The translations under genes and the position numbers were made by a program. Below the pieces are notes generated by a model. That model was given only the letters and a program-made list of their open reading frames with translations. It searched no databases and was not told the DNA's origin. Of a DNA stretch of 64,000 nt, positions 1 through 12,000 are shown piece after piece (the stretch's first letter is position 1; the number at the start of each line of letters is the position of its first letter). Source of the DNA: Eledone cirrhosa (taxonomy: Eukaryota); assembly GCA_964016885.1 (NCBI GenBank), contig OZ024754.1:18228001-18292000 (forward strand). Direction: 5' to 3'.

Positions 1-701
1 GGACAGTATTGTATTAAAGAATCAGTGGGCAGTCTCTGGACGGTATTGTATTAAAGAATCAGAAGGCAGTCTCTGGACAGTATTGTATTAAAGAAACAGA
101 GGGCAGTCTCTGGACAGTATTGTATTAAAGAATCAGTGGGCAGTCTCTGGACGGTATTGTATTAAAGAATCAGAGGGCAGTCTCTGGACAGTATTGTATT
201 AAAGAATCAGTGGGCAGTCTCTGGATGGTATTGTATTAAAGAATCAGTGGGCAGTCTCTGGACGGTATTGTATTAAAGAATCAGAGGGCAGTCTTTGGAC
301 GGTATTGTATTAAAGAATCAGTGGGCAGTCTCTGGACAGTATTGTATTAAAGAATCAGTGGGCAGTCTCTGGACAGTATTGTATTAAAGAATCAGAGGGC
401 AGTCTCTGGACAGTATTGTATTAAAGAATCAGTGGGCAGTCTCTGGACAGTATTGTATTAAAGCATCAGTGGGCAGTCTCTGGACAGTATTGTATTAAAG
501 AATCAGTGGGCAGTCTCTGGACAGTATTGTATTAAAGAATCAGTGGGCAGTCTCTGGACAGTATTGTATTAAAGAATCAGAGGGCAGTCTCTGGACAGTA
601 TTGCATTGAAGATACACAGGGCAGTCTCTGGGCAGTATTGTATTGAAGAATCAGAGGGCAGTCTCTGGACAGTATTGTATTAAATAATCAGAGGGCAGTC
701 T
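1..701. repeat. 37-bp satellite array, left block (about 19 units; continues beyond the window start)
   Basis: Head-to-tail unit GGACAGTATTGTATTAAAGAATCAG(A/T)GGGCAGTCTCT with no spacers; interrupted at 702 by an LTR. Confidence 0.99.
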
Positions 702-1057
702 TGTAGCAGTAATATATATCCTTTGTAATTAAACCTATTTTGCTTCGGCGGAAGAAAAATGTTACGGAAGTAAATTGGCTGAAGTGTGAGCCAATCAAAA
801 CCTTCGGCATAGCGATACAAGTAACTGGACTACTTAGACCAGAGAACGGAAGCTAAGACAGAAGACCAGTCTCCAGAAAAATCTGCTATCGTCAAAACGT
901 TGATTCTTCGATACGCCATATCCTGTCGTATCTCACACATGGAAATACAGGCAAAATGAGTTTCACAGTGTGAAGCAAGAATAAATGAAGTACATACTTG
1001 TAATGGAGTTTGTCTATTTAATGCCTTCTGATCTAACGACTTACATTCTTCATTATA
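702..1057 (+). repeat. 5' LTR
   Basis: TGTAGCAGTAAT...CATTATA; about 9 substitutions versus the 3' LTR by manual comparison. Confidence 0.97.
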
Positions 1058-1438
1058 AATGGTGATCTGCGACTTGAACGAACACGCAACAAATAATATT
1101 CGCAAACCGACAAGAAACAAACAAGAATTTTTGTACAACAAATATAAAAGAAAGAAAGAACGCTGTCACAAAGAAGAAAAAAACTGAACGTTTTGTTGTT
1201 TAGAACAATTATTTCATTATCATTATATTATTATATCATTTGCCTGCATGCACAAACACATTTTGCATCGACATGTATTACATCGAAATGCATTATTAAC
1301 AAAAAAAAAAAAAATTATCAGTAAATTATTCCATGTACAAATCGTGCGTTATAATTTTTTTTTTTCGCACTGTGTCTCAAAATTTGGCCTGCATTTTCCT
1401 GTTATTTTCTATTGCTTACGGGTATACCATAATTCACA

Positions 1439-4400
1439 ATGGGTAGCACCCCATTGCCAGCGTTTGCCGGCGATGTCAATGTTTGGTTCGCACAGATAGA
1501 GTCGCACTTTACTGCGAACAACATTACGTCTGAAGTCAGACAACTGCACATGCTTTTGAGTGCTTTCCCGGCATCATTGACGACGGTTGTTAAAGATCTA
1601 ATAACTGATCCTGCCCCTGGAGCCTCCTATGAGAGCGTAAAACGCGAGGTTTGTGGCGGACCACGTTGTCCGCGGCAAAGAAATTCCAGACACTCGTCAA
1701 TGACGAACATTTGGGTGATCGGACGCCTACACAGCTTCTGCGTCGCATGAGAGAGCTGGCAGAAGACGCCCCGGCTGACAGCGCCCTCCTTAGACAGCTT
1801 TTCTTTTTAAGGCTGCTGCCCGGTGTTCAGGCGATTTTAGTGCCTATGATGGAGACTACCAGTCGAGCAGCTAGCAGCTTCAGCCGACAAAATTATAAGT
1901 TTCACTGGAAACCCTGCCTCCTATGTTGCACCTCAGCCACCGGTTGCGGTCTCTTCATTCTCTCCTGCCTCCTTCATTGCACCTCAGCCACCGGTTGTGG
2001 TCTCTTCGTTCTCTCCAGCAGCTGCCGTCCACACCGATCACTCACTTGCGTCTGTGGCAATACTTCAAGCCATAGAACAACTCACCAAAGAGGTGAGAAA
2101 ATTGAGTACCTCCAGGGCTCAATCGCCCAGACGTTGCTTCCAGAGCCGTTCGCCCTTGCCACGACGCCGCCACACAAACAAACCAAGACTGTGCTACTAC
2201 CACAGCCGTTTTGGCGCAGCGGCACGCTCTTGAAAACAGCTCTGTTCGTTTTCCATCCAGGGAAACGGATTTCAGGAGACCTGATCACGGCACAGTCTCC
2301 TCTGACGCTCCCAAATAATCGTGCGTTCTTTATAACTGATACGTTTTTCCAAGCTCAATGTCTAGTGGATACAGGCGCTGCTTGCAGCATATGGCCGCTA
2401 AAACTTCTCAAAGAGAAGCCGCCAGTTTCATCCATTTCTCTGCAAGTCGTAAATCATTCTCCTATCTTCACGTATGGTCAAATTTCTCGTTCTTTGAACC
2501 TGGAATTACAAAGAGATTTCACGTGGATTTTCACGGTCGCTGATTTGCCTTACCCTATTCTAGGCTCGGATTTCCTGCACCACTATAACCTCTTAGTAGA
2601 TATGCGCAGACTCCGGTTGTTGGATGCTAATACGGAACTCTCCGTTCCGAGTTTGAAATCTACTGTCTCATCTATCAGCCAGGTATTCTTCATCGCCGCT
2701 TCAGAGGACCCTTTCCAGTCCCTTTTAAATTCCTTCCCGGAATTGACAAATTTGAATTTTGTGGTGAGCAAGCCTACTCACTCCACAAAACATTATATCG
2801 AAACTTCTGGCGCTCCTGTATTTTCTCGCCCTCGCCGCCTCCCTGCGGAGAAATTGGAAGGAGCGAAGGCTGAATTTAACCACATGCTACAGCTGGGGAT
2901 CATACGCCCATCCTCAAGTCCGTGGGCCGCTCCTTTGCATTTGGTTCCGAAGCGTTCCGGTGATTGGCGTCCCACTGGGGACTTTCGTCAGTTAAACGCA
3001 ATGACGGTACCCGATCCCACACATACAAGATTTCGCGTCTTTGCTTCATGGATGTAAGACATCTTCCAAATTGGATTTGGTCAAGGCTTACCACCAGATT
3101 CCAATGAACCCAGCAGATATACCTAAAACTGCCGTAACAACTCCTTTCGGAGTGTTCGAATTTCTGACTATGCCTTTCGGTTTTCGAAACGCAGCCAGTA
3201 CTTTCCAACGTTTCATGGATGAAGTTGTGCGCGATTTGGACTGCGTGTATAACTACATTGATGACATTCTCGTGGCAAGTGCCTCACCCGAGGAACATGT
3301 CACTCACCTCCGTCTACTGTTTGAGCGGTTTCAGCAGTATCGGGTGCGAATCAACCCGGCGAAATGTGTTTTCGGTGCGTCTTCACTTGTCTTCTTGGGC
3401 CACGTTATCAGCCCCGAGGGAATCTCACCACTGCCTGACAAAGTGAAAGCTCTGCAAGACCTTCAATCACCCACTTCACTTTGACAGCTACGACATTTCC
3501 TTGGTCTGCTGAACTACTACAGACGTTTTATACCACACTGTGCGGATCTCCTGTCTCCTCTGTCTGACCTGTTACGTAACAGGAAAAGGAAAAATGAATC
3601 CATCACATTGGACACGAGTCAGCTAAAAGCCTTCAACGAAGTGAAGCAGAAACTTGCGGAGACATCGTTACTTGCACATCCTGTGTCTGGTGCCCAGTTT
3701 TCACTGGTCGTTGATGCATTGGGCACAGCTGTAGGTGCAGTTTTGCAACAGCATCACCAACAACAATTACAACCTCTCGCGTACTTCTCGAGATAACTGA
3801 AACCTGCAGAGACACAATATAGTACGTTCAGCTGTGAACTCCTGGCTATGTACCTCGCAGTGAAACACTTTCGGCATGCACTGGAGGGTCGCCATTTTGC
3901 GATCTACACCGATCATCGTCCGCTTACGTTCGCTCTGCGTTCTAAGCCAGATAAATATTCACCTCGCGAAACTCGTCATTTGGACTTCGTTATGCAATTT
4001 ACCAGCGATATCCGACACATCTCCGGTGAGCAGAATGCGGCGGCAGATGCCTTGTCTCGCCTCCCAATCAATTCCCTGTCATCACCTTCGGATATTGAGC
4101 TTCAACGGATGGCCACAGAACAGCCACGCCTGGACACCTTGTATCTTTTGTCTCCTGAATTTGCAACTGGCAAATTTTCATATCAACTTGTGCCAACTTC
4201 GGACACAGATTATTTGTGACACTTCGACGGATTCACCTCGTCCTCTAGTTCCAGCGACTCATCGTCGAGCAGTTTTCGAGACCTTGCACGGTCTGGCACA
4301 CCCTGGAATATCGACCAGAGTGAAGCTCATTTCGGCTAGATTCTTCTGGCCGAATATGAGGCGTGACATCACTACCTGGACACGTTCCTGCTTGTCCTGC

Positions 4401-5415
4401 CAGAAGTCAAAGGTGCACAAACACATCCGCGCACCCCTCGGAACTTTCAGCACTCCAGACGCTCGGTTCAGTCATGTCCATATAGATCTCGTTGGACCAT
4501 GGCCGGTCAGCCAAGGATTTACCTATCTCCTGACCTGTATTGATCGCTTCACACGTTGGCCTGAAGCCATTCCTTTAAGTGACATTTCGGCGGAATCTGT
4601 AGCGCGAGCTCTAGTATCGGGTTAGATATCGCGTTACAGAGTTCCAACCACTGTCACCACGGACCGTGGAGGACAGTTTAAGTGCCATCTCTTCCGAGAA
4701 CTTTCAAGGATCCTGGGAATTAAGCGCATCCGAACGACTAGCTATCATCCAGCTTCAAACGGAATGATAGAGTGCTTCCACTGCCAATTGAAAGCCGCAT
4801 TGCGCGCTTATCTGGATCAACAGCAATGGAGTATGTACCAATTGTCCTTCTTGGCTGTCGTGCAGCTATCAAGGAGGATCTAGGATACTCCCCAGCTGAA
4901 CTGGTTTACGGAGTACCGATATCTTTGCTGGGTCAGATGTTGACCCCAATGGATTTACCTGAAACAGATCCGGCTCTGTATGTGAACAGACTGTGATCTT
5001 ATTTTAACAATCTTCCGCCTATGAACCCTCGGCAACAGACAATAAAATCTTCGGTCCCGAAAGACATTGCTTCGTGGACCCACGTCTTTCTACGGAAGGA
5101 CGCCGTGAGAGCTCCTCTCACGTCACCTTATACCGGTCCTTATCGTGTGCTTGCACGCACAGATAAACTGTTCACTCTGGACATTGGTGGTAAAAAAGAG
5201 ATTGTATCCATCGATAGGGTGAAACTGGGCCTTTACAGACACTCTCACACAAGAGCCCCATATTCCCCCTACATATACTCTGCATCAGCCAACACACGCT
5301 AACCATGCAACATTGCACACACCTTCTCCACCTACACCTACATATGTCACCACCAGACGTAGTGGTCGCCAAGTACATTGGCCCAAGAAGCTTTGCAAGA
5401 CTATATATATGAACT
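1439..5415 (+). pseudogene. Gypsy gag-pol with frameshifts and stops
   Basis: Gag VWFAQIESHF and LGDRTPTQLL; protease LVDTGA and PILGSDFL; [14 protein letters not shown] and YIDDIL; RNase H VVDA and YTDHRPL; integrase H-H-C-C zinc finger, HVHIDLVGP, IDRFTRWPEA and YTGPYRVL. Split over several frames. Confidence 0.95.
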
Positions 5416-5689
5416 ATGTTATATAGAGCAAGCTTTTTCAGTTCTTGTCCTCTCTTGTATTTATATTAAATACATTAATTAATGTGAAGTTTGGACTATT
5501 TCTGCTGCTCAGTTTTTTTTTTATTTTCCTCTTTTTCTCTGAAGCAAAACACAGACATTCCTGTGAAATGAATATTTAGTTTTCTGTGAATTGATATTGT
5601 TTATTATATATTTACAGTTATATATTTTTTTTCTTTCTTGCAACTGCTACACTTTTTTCTCTGTCGGCTTTAAGCCTAAACAGGGGTGA

Positions 5690-6045
5690 TGTAGCAGTAA
5701 TATATATCCTTTGTAATTAAATGTATTTTCCTTCGGCGGAAGAAAACTGTTACGGAAGTAAATTGGCTGAAGTTTGAGCCAATCAAAATCTTCGGCATAG
5801 CGATACAAGTAACTGGATTACTTAGACCAGAGAACGGAAGCTAAGACAGAAGACCAGTCTCCAGAAAAATCTGCTATCGTCAAAACGTTGATTCTTCGAT
5901 ACACCATATCCTGTCGTATCTCACACATGGAAATACAGGCAAAATGAGTTTCACAGTGTGAAGCAAGAATAAATGAAGTACATACTTGTAATGGAGTTTG
6001 TTTATTTAATGCCTTCTGATCTAACGACTTACATTCTTCATTATA
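5690..6045 (+). repeat. 3' LTR
   Basis: Direct repeat of 702-1057, followed by TSD GTCT and resumption of the satellite. Confidence 0.97.
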
Positions 6046-9000
6046 GTCTCTGGACGGTATTGTATTAAAGAATCAGAGGGCAGTCTCTGGACAGTATGGT
6101 ATTAAAGAATTAGAGGGCAGTCTCTGGACAATATTGTATTGAAGAATCAGAGGGCAGTCTCTGGACAGTATGGTATAGAAGAATCAGAGGGCAGTCTCTG
6201 GACAGTAATGTATTAAAGAATCAGAGGGCAGTCTCTGAACAGTATTGTATTAAAGAACCAGAGGGCAGTCTCGGGACAGTATTGTATTAAAGAATCAGTG
6301 GGCAGTCTCTGGACAGTATTGTATTAAAGAACCAGAGGGCAGTCTCAGGACAGTATTGTATTAAAGAATCAGAGGGCAGTCTCTGGACAGTATTGTATTA
6401 AAGAATCAGTGGGCAGTCTCTGGACGGTATTGTATTGAAGAATCAGAGGGCAGACTCTGGACTGTATTGTATTAACGAATCAGTGGGCAGTCTCTGGACT
6501 GTATTGTATTAAAGAATCAGAGAGCAGACTCTGGACAGTATCGTATTAAAGAATCAGAGGGCAGTCTCTGGACAGTATTGTATTAAAGAATCAGAGGGCA
6601 GTCTCTGGACTGTATTGTATTAAAGACACAGTGGGCAGTCTCTGGACGGTATTGTATTAAAGAATCAGAGGGCAGTCTCTGGACAGTATTGTATTAAAGC
6701 ATCAGTGGGCAGTCTCTGGACAGTATTGTATTAAAGAATCATAGGGCAGTCTCTGGACAGTATTGTATTAAAGAATAAGTGGGCAGTCTCTGGACAGTAT
6801 TGTATTAAAGAATCAGTGGGCAGTCTCTGGACAGTATTGTATTAAAGAATCAGAGGGCAGTCTCTGGACAGTATTGTATTAAAGAATCAGTGGGCAGTCT
6901 CTGGACGGTATTGTATTAAAGAATCAGAGGGCAGTCTCTGGACAGTATTGTATTAAAGAATCAGTGGGCAGTCTCTGGACGGTATTGTATTAAAGAATCA
7001 GAGGGCAGTCACTGGACAGTATTGAATTAAAGAATCAGAGGGCAGTCACTGGACAGTATTGTATTAAAGAATCAGAGGGCAGACTCTGGACAGTATTGTA
7101 TTAAAGAATCAGAGGGCAGTCTCTGGACTGTATTGTATTAAAGAATCAGTGGGCAGTCTCTGGACAGTATTGTATTAAAGAATCAGAGGGCAGTCTCTGG
7201 ACAGTATTGTATTAAAGAATCAGTGGGCAGTCTCTGGACAGTATTGTATTAAAGAATCATAGGGCAGTCTCTGGACAGTATTGTATTAAAGAATAAGTGG
7301 GCAGTCTCTGGACAGTATTGTATTAAAGAATCAGTGGGCAGTCTCTGGACAGTATTGTATTAAAGAATCAGAGGGCAGTCTCTGGACAGTATTGTATTAA
7401 AGAATCAGTGGGCAGTCTCTGGACAGTATTGTATTAAAGAATCAGTGGGCAGTCTCTGGACAGTATTGTATTAAAGAATCAGTGGGCAGTCTCTGGACAG
7501 TACTGTATTAAAGAATCAGTGGGCAGTCTCTGGACGGTATTGTATTAAAGAATCAGAGGGCAGTCTCTGGACAGTATTGTATTAAAGAATCAGTGGGCAG
7601 TCACTGGACAGTATTGTATTAAAGAATCAGAGGGCAGTCTCTGGACTGTATTGTATTAAAGAATCAAAGGGCAGTCTCTGGACGGTATTGTATTGAAGAA
7701 TCAGTGGGCAGTCTCTGGACAGTATTGTATTAAAGAATCAGTGGGCAGTCTCTGGACGGTATTGTATTGAAGAATCAGTGGGCAGTCTCTGGACAGTATT
7801 GTATTAAAGAATCATAGGGCAGTCTCTGGACAGTATTGTATTAAAGAATCAGTGGGCAGTCTCAGGACAGTATTGTATTAAAGAATCAGAGGGCAGTCTT
7901 TGGACAGTATTGTATTAAAGAATCAGTGGGCAGTCTCTGGACTGTATTGTATTATAGAATCAGAGAGCAGACTCTGGACAGTATCGTATTAAAGAATCAG
8001 AGGGCAGTCTCTGGACAGTATTGTATTAAAGAATCAGAGGGCAGTCTCTGGACTGTATTGTATTAAAGAATCAGTGGGCAGTCTCTGGACAGTATTGTAT
8101 TAAAGAATCAGAGGGCAGTCTCTGGACAGTATTGTATTAAAGCATCAGTGGGCAGTCTCTGGACAGTATTGTATTAAAGAATCAGAGGGCAGTCTCTGGA
8201 CAGTATTGTATTAAAGAATCAGTGGGCAGTCTCTGGACAGTATTGTATTAAAGAATCAGTGGGCAGTCTCTGGACAGTATTGTATTAAAGAATCAGTGGG
8301 CAGTCTCTGGACAGTATTGTATTAAAGAATCAGAGGGCAGTCTCTGGACAGTATTGTATTAAAGAATCAGTGGGCAGTCTCTGGACGGTATTGTATTAAA
8401 GAATCAGAGGGCAGTCACTGGACAGTATTGTATTAAAGAATCAGAGGGCAGTCACTGGACAGTATTGTATTAAAGAATCAGAGGGCAGACTCTGGACAGT
8501 ATTGTATTAAAGAATAAGTGGGCAGTCTCTGGACAGTATTGTATTAAAGAATCAGAGGGCAGTCTCTGGACTGTATTGTATTAAAGAATCAGTGGGCAGT
8601 CTTTGGACAGTATTGTATTAAAGAATCAGTGGGCAGTCTCTGGACAGAATTGTATTAAAGAATCATAGGGCAGTCTCTGGACAGTATTGTATTAAAGAAT
8701 AAGTGGGCAGACTCTGGACAGTATTGTATTAAAGAATCAGTGGGCAGTCTCTGGACAGTATTGTATTAAAGAATCAGAGGGCAGTCTCTGGACAGTATTG
8801 TATTAAAGAATCAGTGGGCAGTCTCTGGACAGTATTTTATTAAAGAATCAGTGGGCAGTCTCTGGACAGTATTGTATTAAAGAATCAGAGGGCAGTCTCT
8901 GGACAGTATTGTATTAAAGAATCAGTGGGCAGTCTCTGGACAGTATTGTATTAAAGAATCAGTGGGCAGTCACTGGACAGTATTGTATTAAAGAATCAGT

Positions 9001-12000
9001 GGGCAGTCTCTGGACTGTATTGTATTAAAGAATCAGAGGGCAGTCTCTGGACTGTATTGAATTAAAGAATCAGTGGGCAGTCTCTGGACAGTATTGTATT
9101 AAAGCATCAGTGGGCAGTCTCTGGACTGTATTGTATTAAAGAATCAGAGGGCAGTCTCTGGACAGTATTGTATTAAAGAATCAGAGGGCAGTCTCTGGAC
9201 TTTATTGAATTAAAGAATCAGTGGGCAGTCTCTGGACTGTATTGTATTAAAGAATCAGTGGGCAGTCTCTGGACAGTATTGTATTAAAGAATCAGTGGGC
9301 AGTCTCTGGACTGTATTGTATTAAAGAATCAGTGGGCAGTCTCTGGACAGTATTGTGTTAAAGAATCAGAGGGCAGACTCTGGACAGTATTGTATTAAAG
9401 AATCAGAGGGCAGTTTCTGGACTGTATTGTATTAAAGAATCAGTGGACAGACTCTGGACAGTATTGTATTAAAGAATCAGTGGGCAGTCTCTGGACAGTA
9501 TTGTATTAAAGAATCAGAGGGCAGTTTCTGGACAGTATTGTATTAAAGAATCAGAGGGCAGACTCTGGACAGTATTGTATTAAAGAATCAGAGGGCAGTC
9601 TCTGGACGGTATTGTATTAAAGAATCAGTGGGCAGTCTCTGGACTGTATTGTATTAAAGAATCAGTGGGCAGTCTCTGGACAGTATTGTATTAAAGAATC
9701 AGAGGGCAGTCTCTGGACTGTATAGTATTAAAGAATCAGTGGGCAGTCTCTGGACAGTATTGTATTAAAGAGTCAGAGGGCAGTCTCTGGACTGTATTGT
9801 ATTAAAGAATTAGTGGGCAGTCTCTGGACAGTATTGTATTAAAGAATCAGAGGGCAGTCTCTGGACGGTATTGTATTAAAGATTCAGAGGGCAGACTCTG
9901 GACAGTATTGTATTAAAGAATCAGAGGGCAGTCTCTGGACAGTATTGTATTAAAGATTCAGAGGGCAGACTCTGGACAGTATTGTATTAAAGATTCAGAG
10001 GGCAGACTCTGGACAGTATTGTATTAAAGAATCAGAGGGCAGACTCTGGACAGTATTGTATTAAAGAATCAGAGGGCAGTCTCTGGACTGTATTGTATTA
10101 AAGATTCAGAGGGCAGACTCTGGACAGTATTGTATTAAAGAATCAGAGGGCAGTCTCTGGACTGTATTGTATTAAAGATTCAGAGGGCAGACTCTGGACA
10201 GTATTGTATTAAAGAATCAGAGGGCAGTCTCTGGACTGTATTGTATTAAAGATTCAGAGGGCAGACTCTGGACAGTATTGTATTAAAGAATCAGAAGGCA
10301 GACTCTGGACAGTATTGTATTAAAGAATCAGAGGGCAGTCTCTGGACAGTATTGTATTAAAGAATCAGTGGGCAGTCTCTGGACAGTATTGTATTAAAGA
10401 ATCAGAGGGCAGTCTCTGGACTGTATTGTATTAAAGAATCAGAGGGCAGTCTCTGGACAGTATTGTATTAAAGAATCAGTGGGCAGTCTCTGGACAGTAT
10501 TGTATTAAAGAATCAGTGGGCAGTCTCTGGACAGTATTGTATTAAAGAATCAGAGGGCAGTTTCTGGACTGTATTGTATTAAAGAATCAGTGGGCAGTCT
10601 CTGGACATATTGTATTAAAGAATCAGAGGGCAGTCTCTGGACAGTATTGTATTAAAGAATCAGAGGGCAGTCTCTGGACTGTATTGTATTAAAGAATCAG
10701 AGGGCAGTCTCTGGACAGTATTGTATTAAAGAATCAGTGGGCAGTCTCTGGACAGTATTGTATTAAAGAATCAGTGGGCAGTCTCTGGACAGTATTGTAT
10801 TAAAGAATCAGAGGGCAGTTTCTGGACTGTATTGTATTAAAGAATCAGTGGGCAGTCTCTGGACATATTGTATTAAAGAATCAGAGGGCAGTCTCTGGAC
10901 AGTATTGTATTAAAGAATCAGTGGGCAGTCTCTGGACAGTATTGTATTAAAGAATCAGTGGGCAGTCTCTGGACAGTATTGTATTAAAGAATCAGAGGGC
11001 AGTCTCTGGACAGTATTGTATTAAAGAATCAGTGAGCAGTCTCTGGACAGTATTGTATTAAAGAATCAGTGGGCAGTCTCTGGACAGTATTGTATTAAAG
11101 AATCAGAGGGCAGTTTCTGGACTGTATTGTATTAAAGAATCAGTGGGCAGTCTCTGGACGGTATGGTATTAAAGAATCAGAGGGCAGTCTCTGGACTGTA
11201 TTGTATTAAAGAATCAGAGGGCAGTCTCTGGACGGTATTGTATTAAAGAATCAGAGGGCAGTCTCTGGACTGTATTGTATTGAAGAATCAGTGGGCAGTC
11301 TCTGGACAGTATTGTATTAAAGAATCAGTGGGCAGTCTCTGGACTGTATTGTATTAAAGAATCAGAGGGCAGTCTCTGGACAGTATTGTATTAAAGAATC
11401 AGTGGGCAGTCTCTGGACAGTATTGTATTAAAGAATCATAGGGCAGTCTCTGGACAGTATTGTATTAAAGAATCAGTGGGCAGTCTCAGGACAGTATTGT
11501 ATTAAAGAATCAGAGGGCAGTCTTTGGACAGTATTGTATTAAAGAATCAGTGGGCAGTCTCTGGACTGTATTGTATTAAAGAATCAGAGAGCAGACTCTG
11601 GACAGTATCGTATTAAAGAATCAGAGGGCAGTCTCTGGACAGTATTGTATTAAAGAATCAGAGGGCAGTCTCTGGACAGTATTGTATTAAAGAATCAGAG
11701 GGCAGTCTCTGGACAGTATTGTATTAAAGAATAAGTGGGCAGTCTCTGGACAGTATTGTATTAAAGAATCATAGGGCAGTCTCTGGACAGTAATGTATTA
11801 AAGAATCAGTGGGCAGTCACTGGACAGTATTGTATTAAAGAATCAGAGGGCAGTCACTGGACAGTATTGTATTAAAGAATCAGAGGGCAGACTCTGCACA
11901 GTATTGTATTAAAGAATCAGAGGGCAGTCTCTGTACTGTATTGTATTAAAGAATCAGTGGGCAGTCTCTGGACAGTATTGTATTAAAGAATCAGTGGGCA

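Larger units (their letters stand above)
702..6045 (+). mobile_element. Full-length but decayed Ty3/Gypsy LTR retrotransposon, CsRN1/Kabuki-like
   Basis: 356-bp LTRs at 702-1057 and 5690-6045; 4-bp TSD GTCT (698-701, 6046-6049); PBS TGGTGATCTGCGAC at 1060, resembling a tRNA-Trp-type PBS; purine-rich AAACAGGGGTGA before the 3' LTR; gag-PR-RT-RH-INT order. Confidence 0.96.

Noticed and set aside
5415-5689. env-like gene after the integrase
   Set aside because: Only about 270 bp of T-rich non-coding sequence lies before the PPT.
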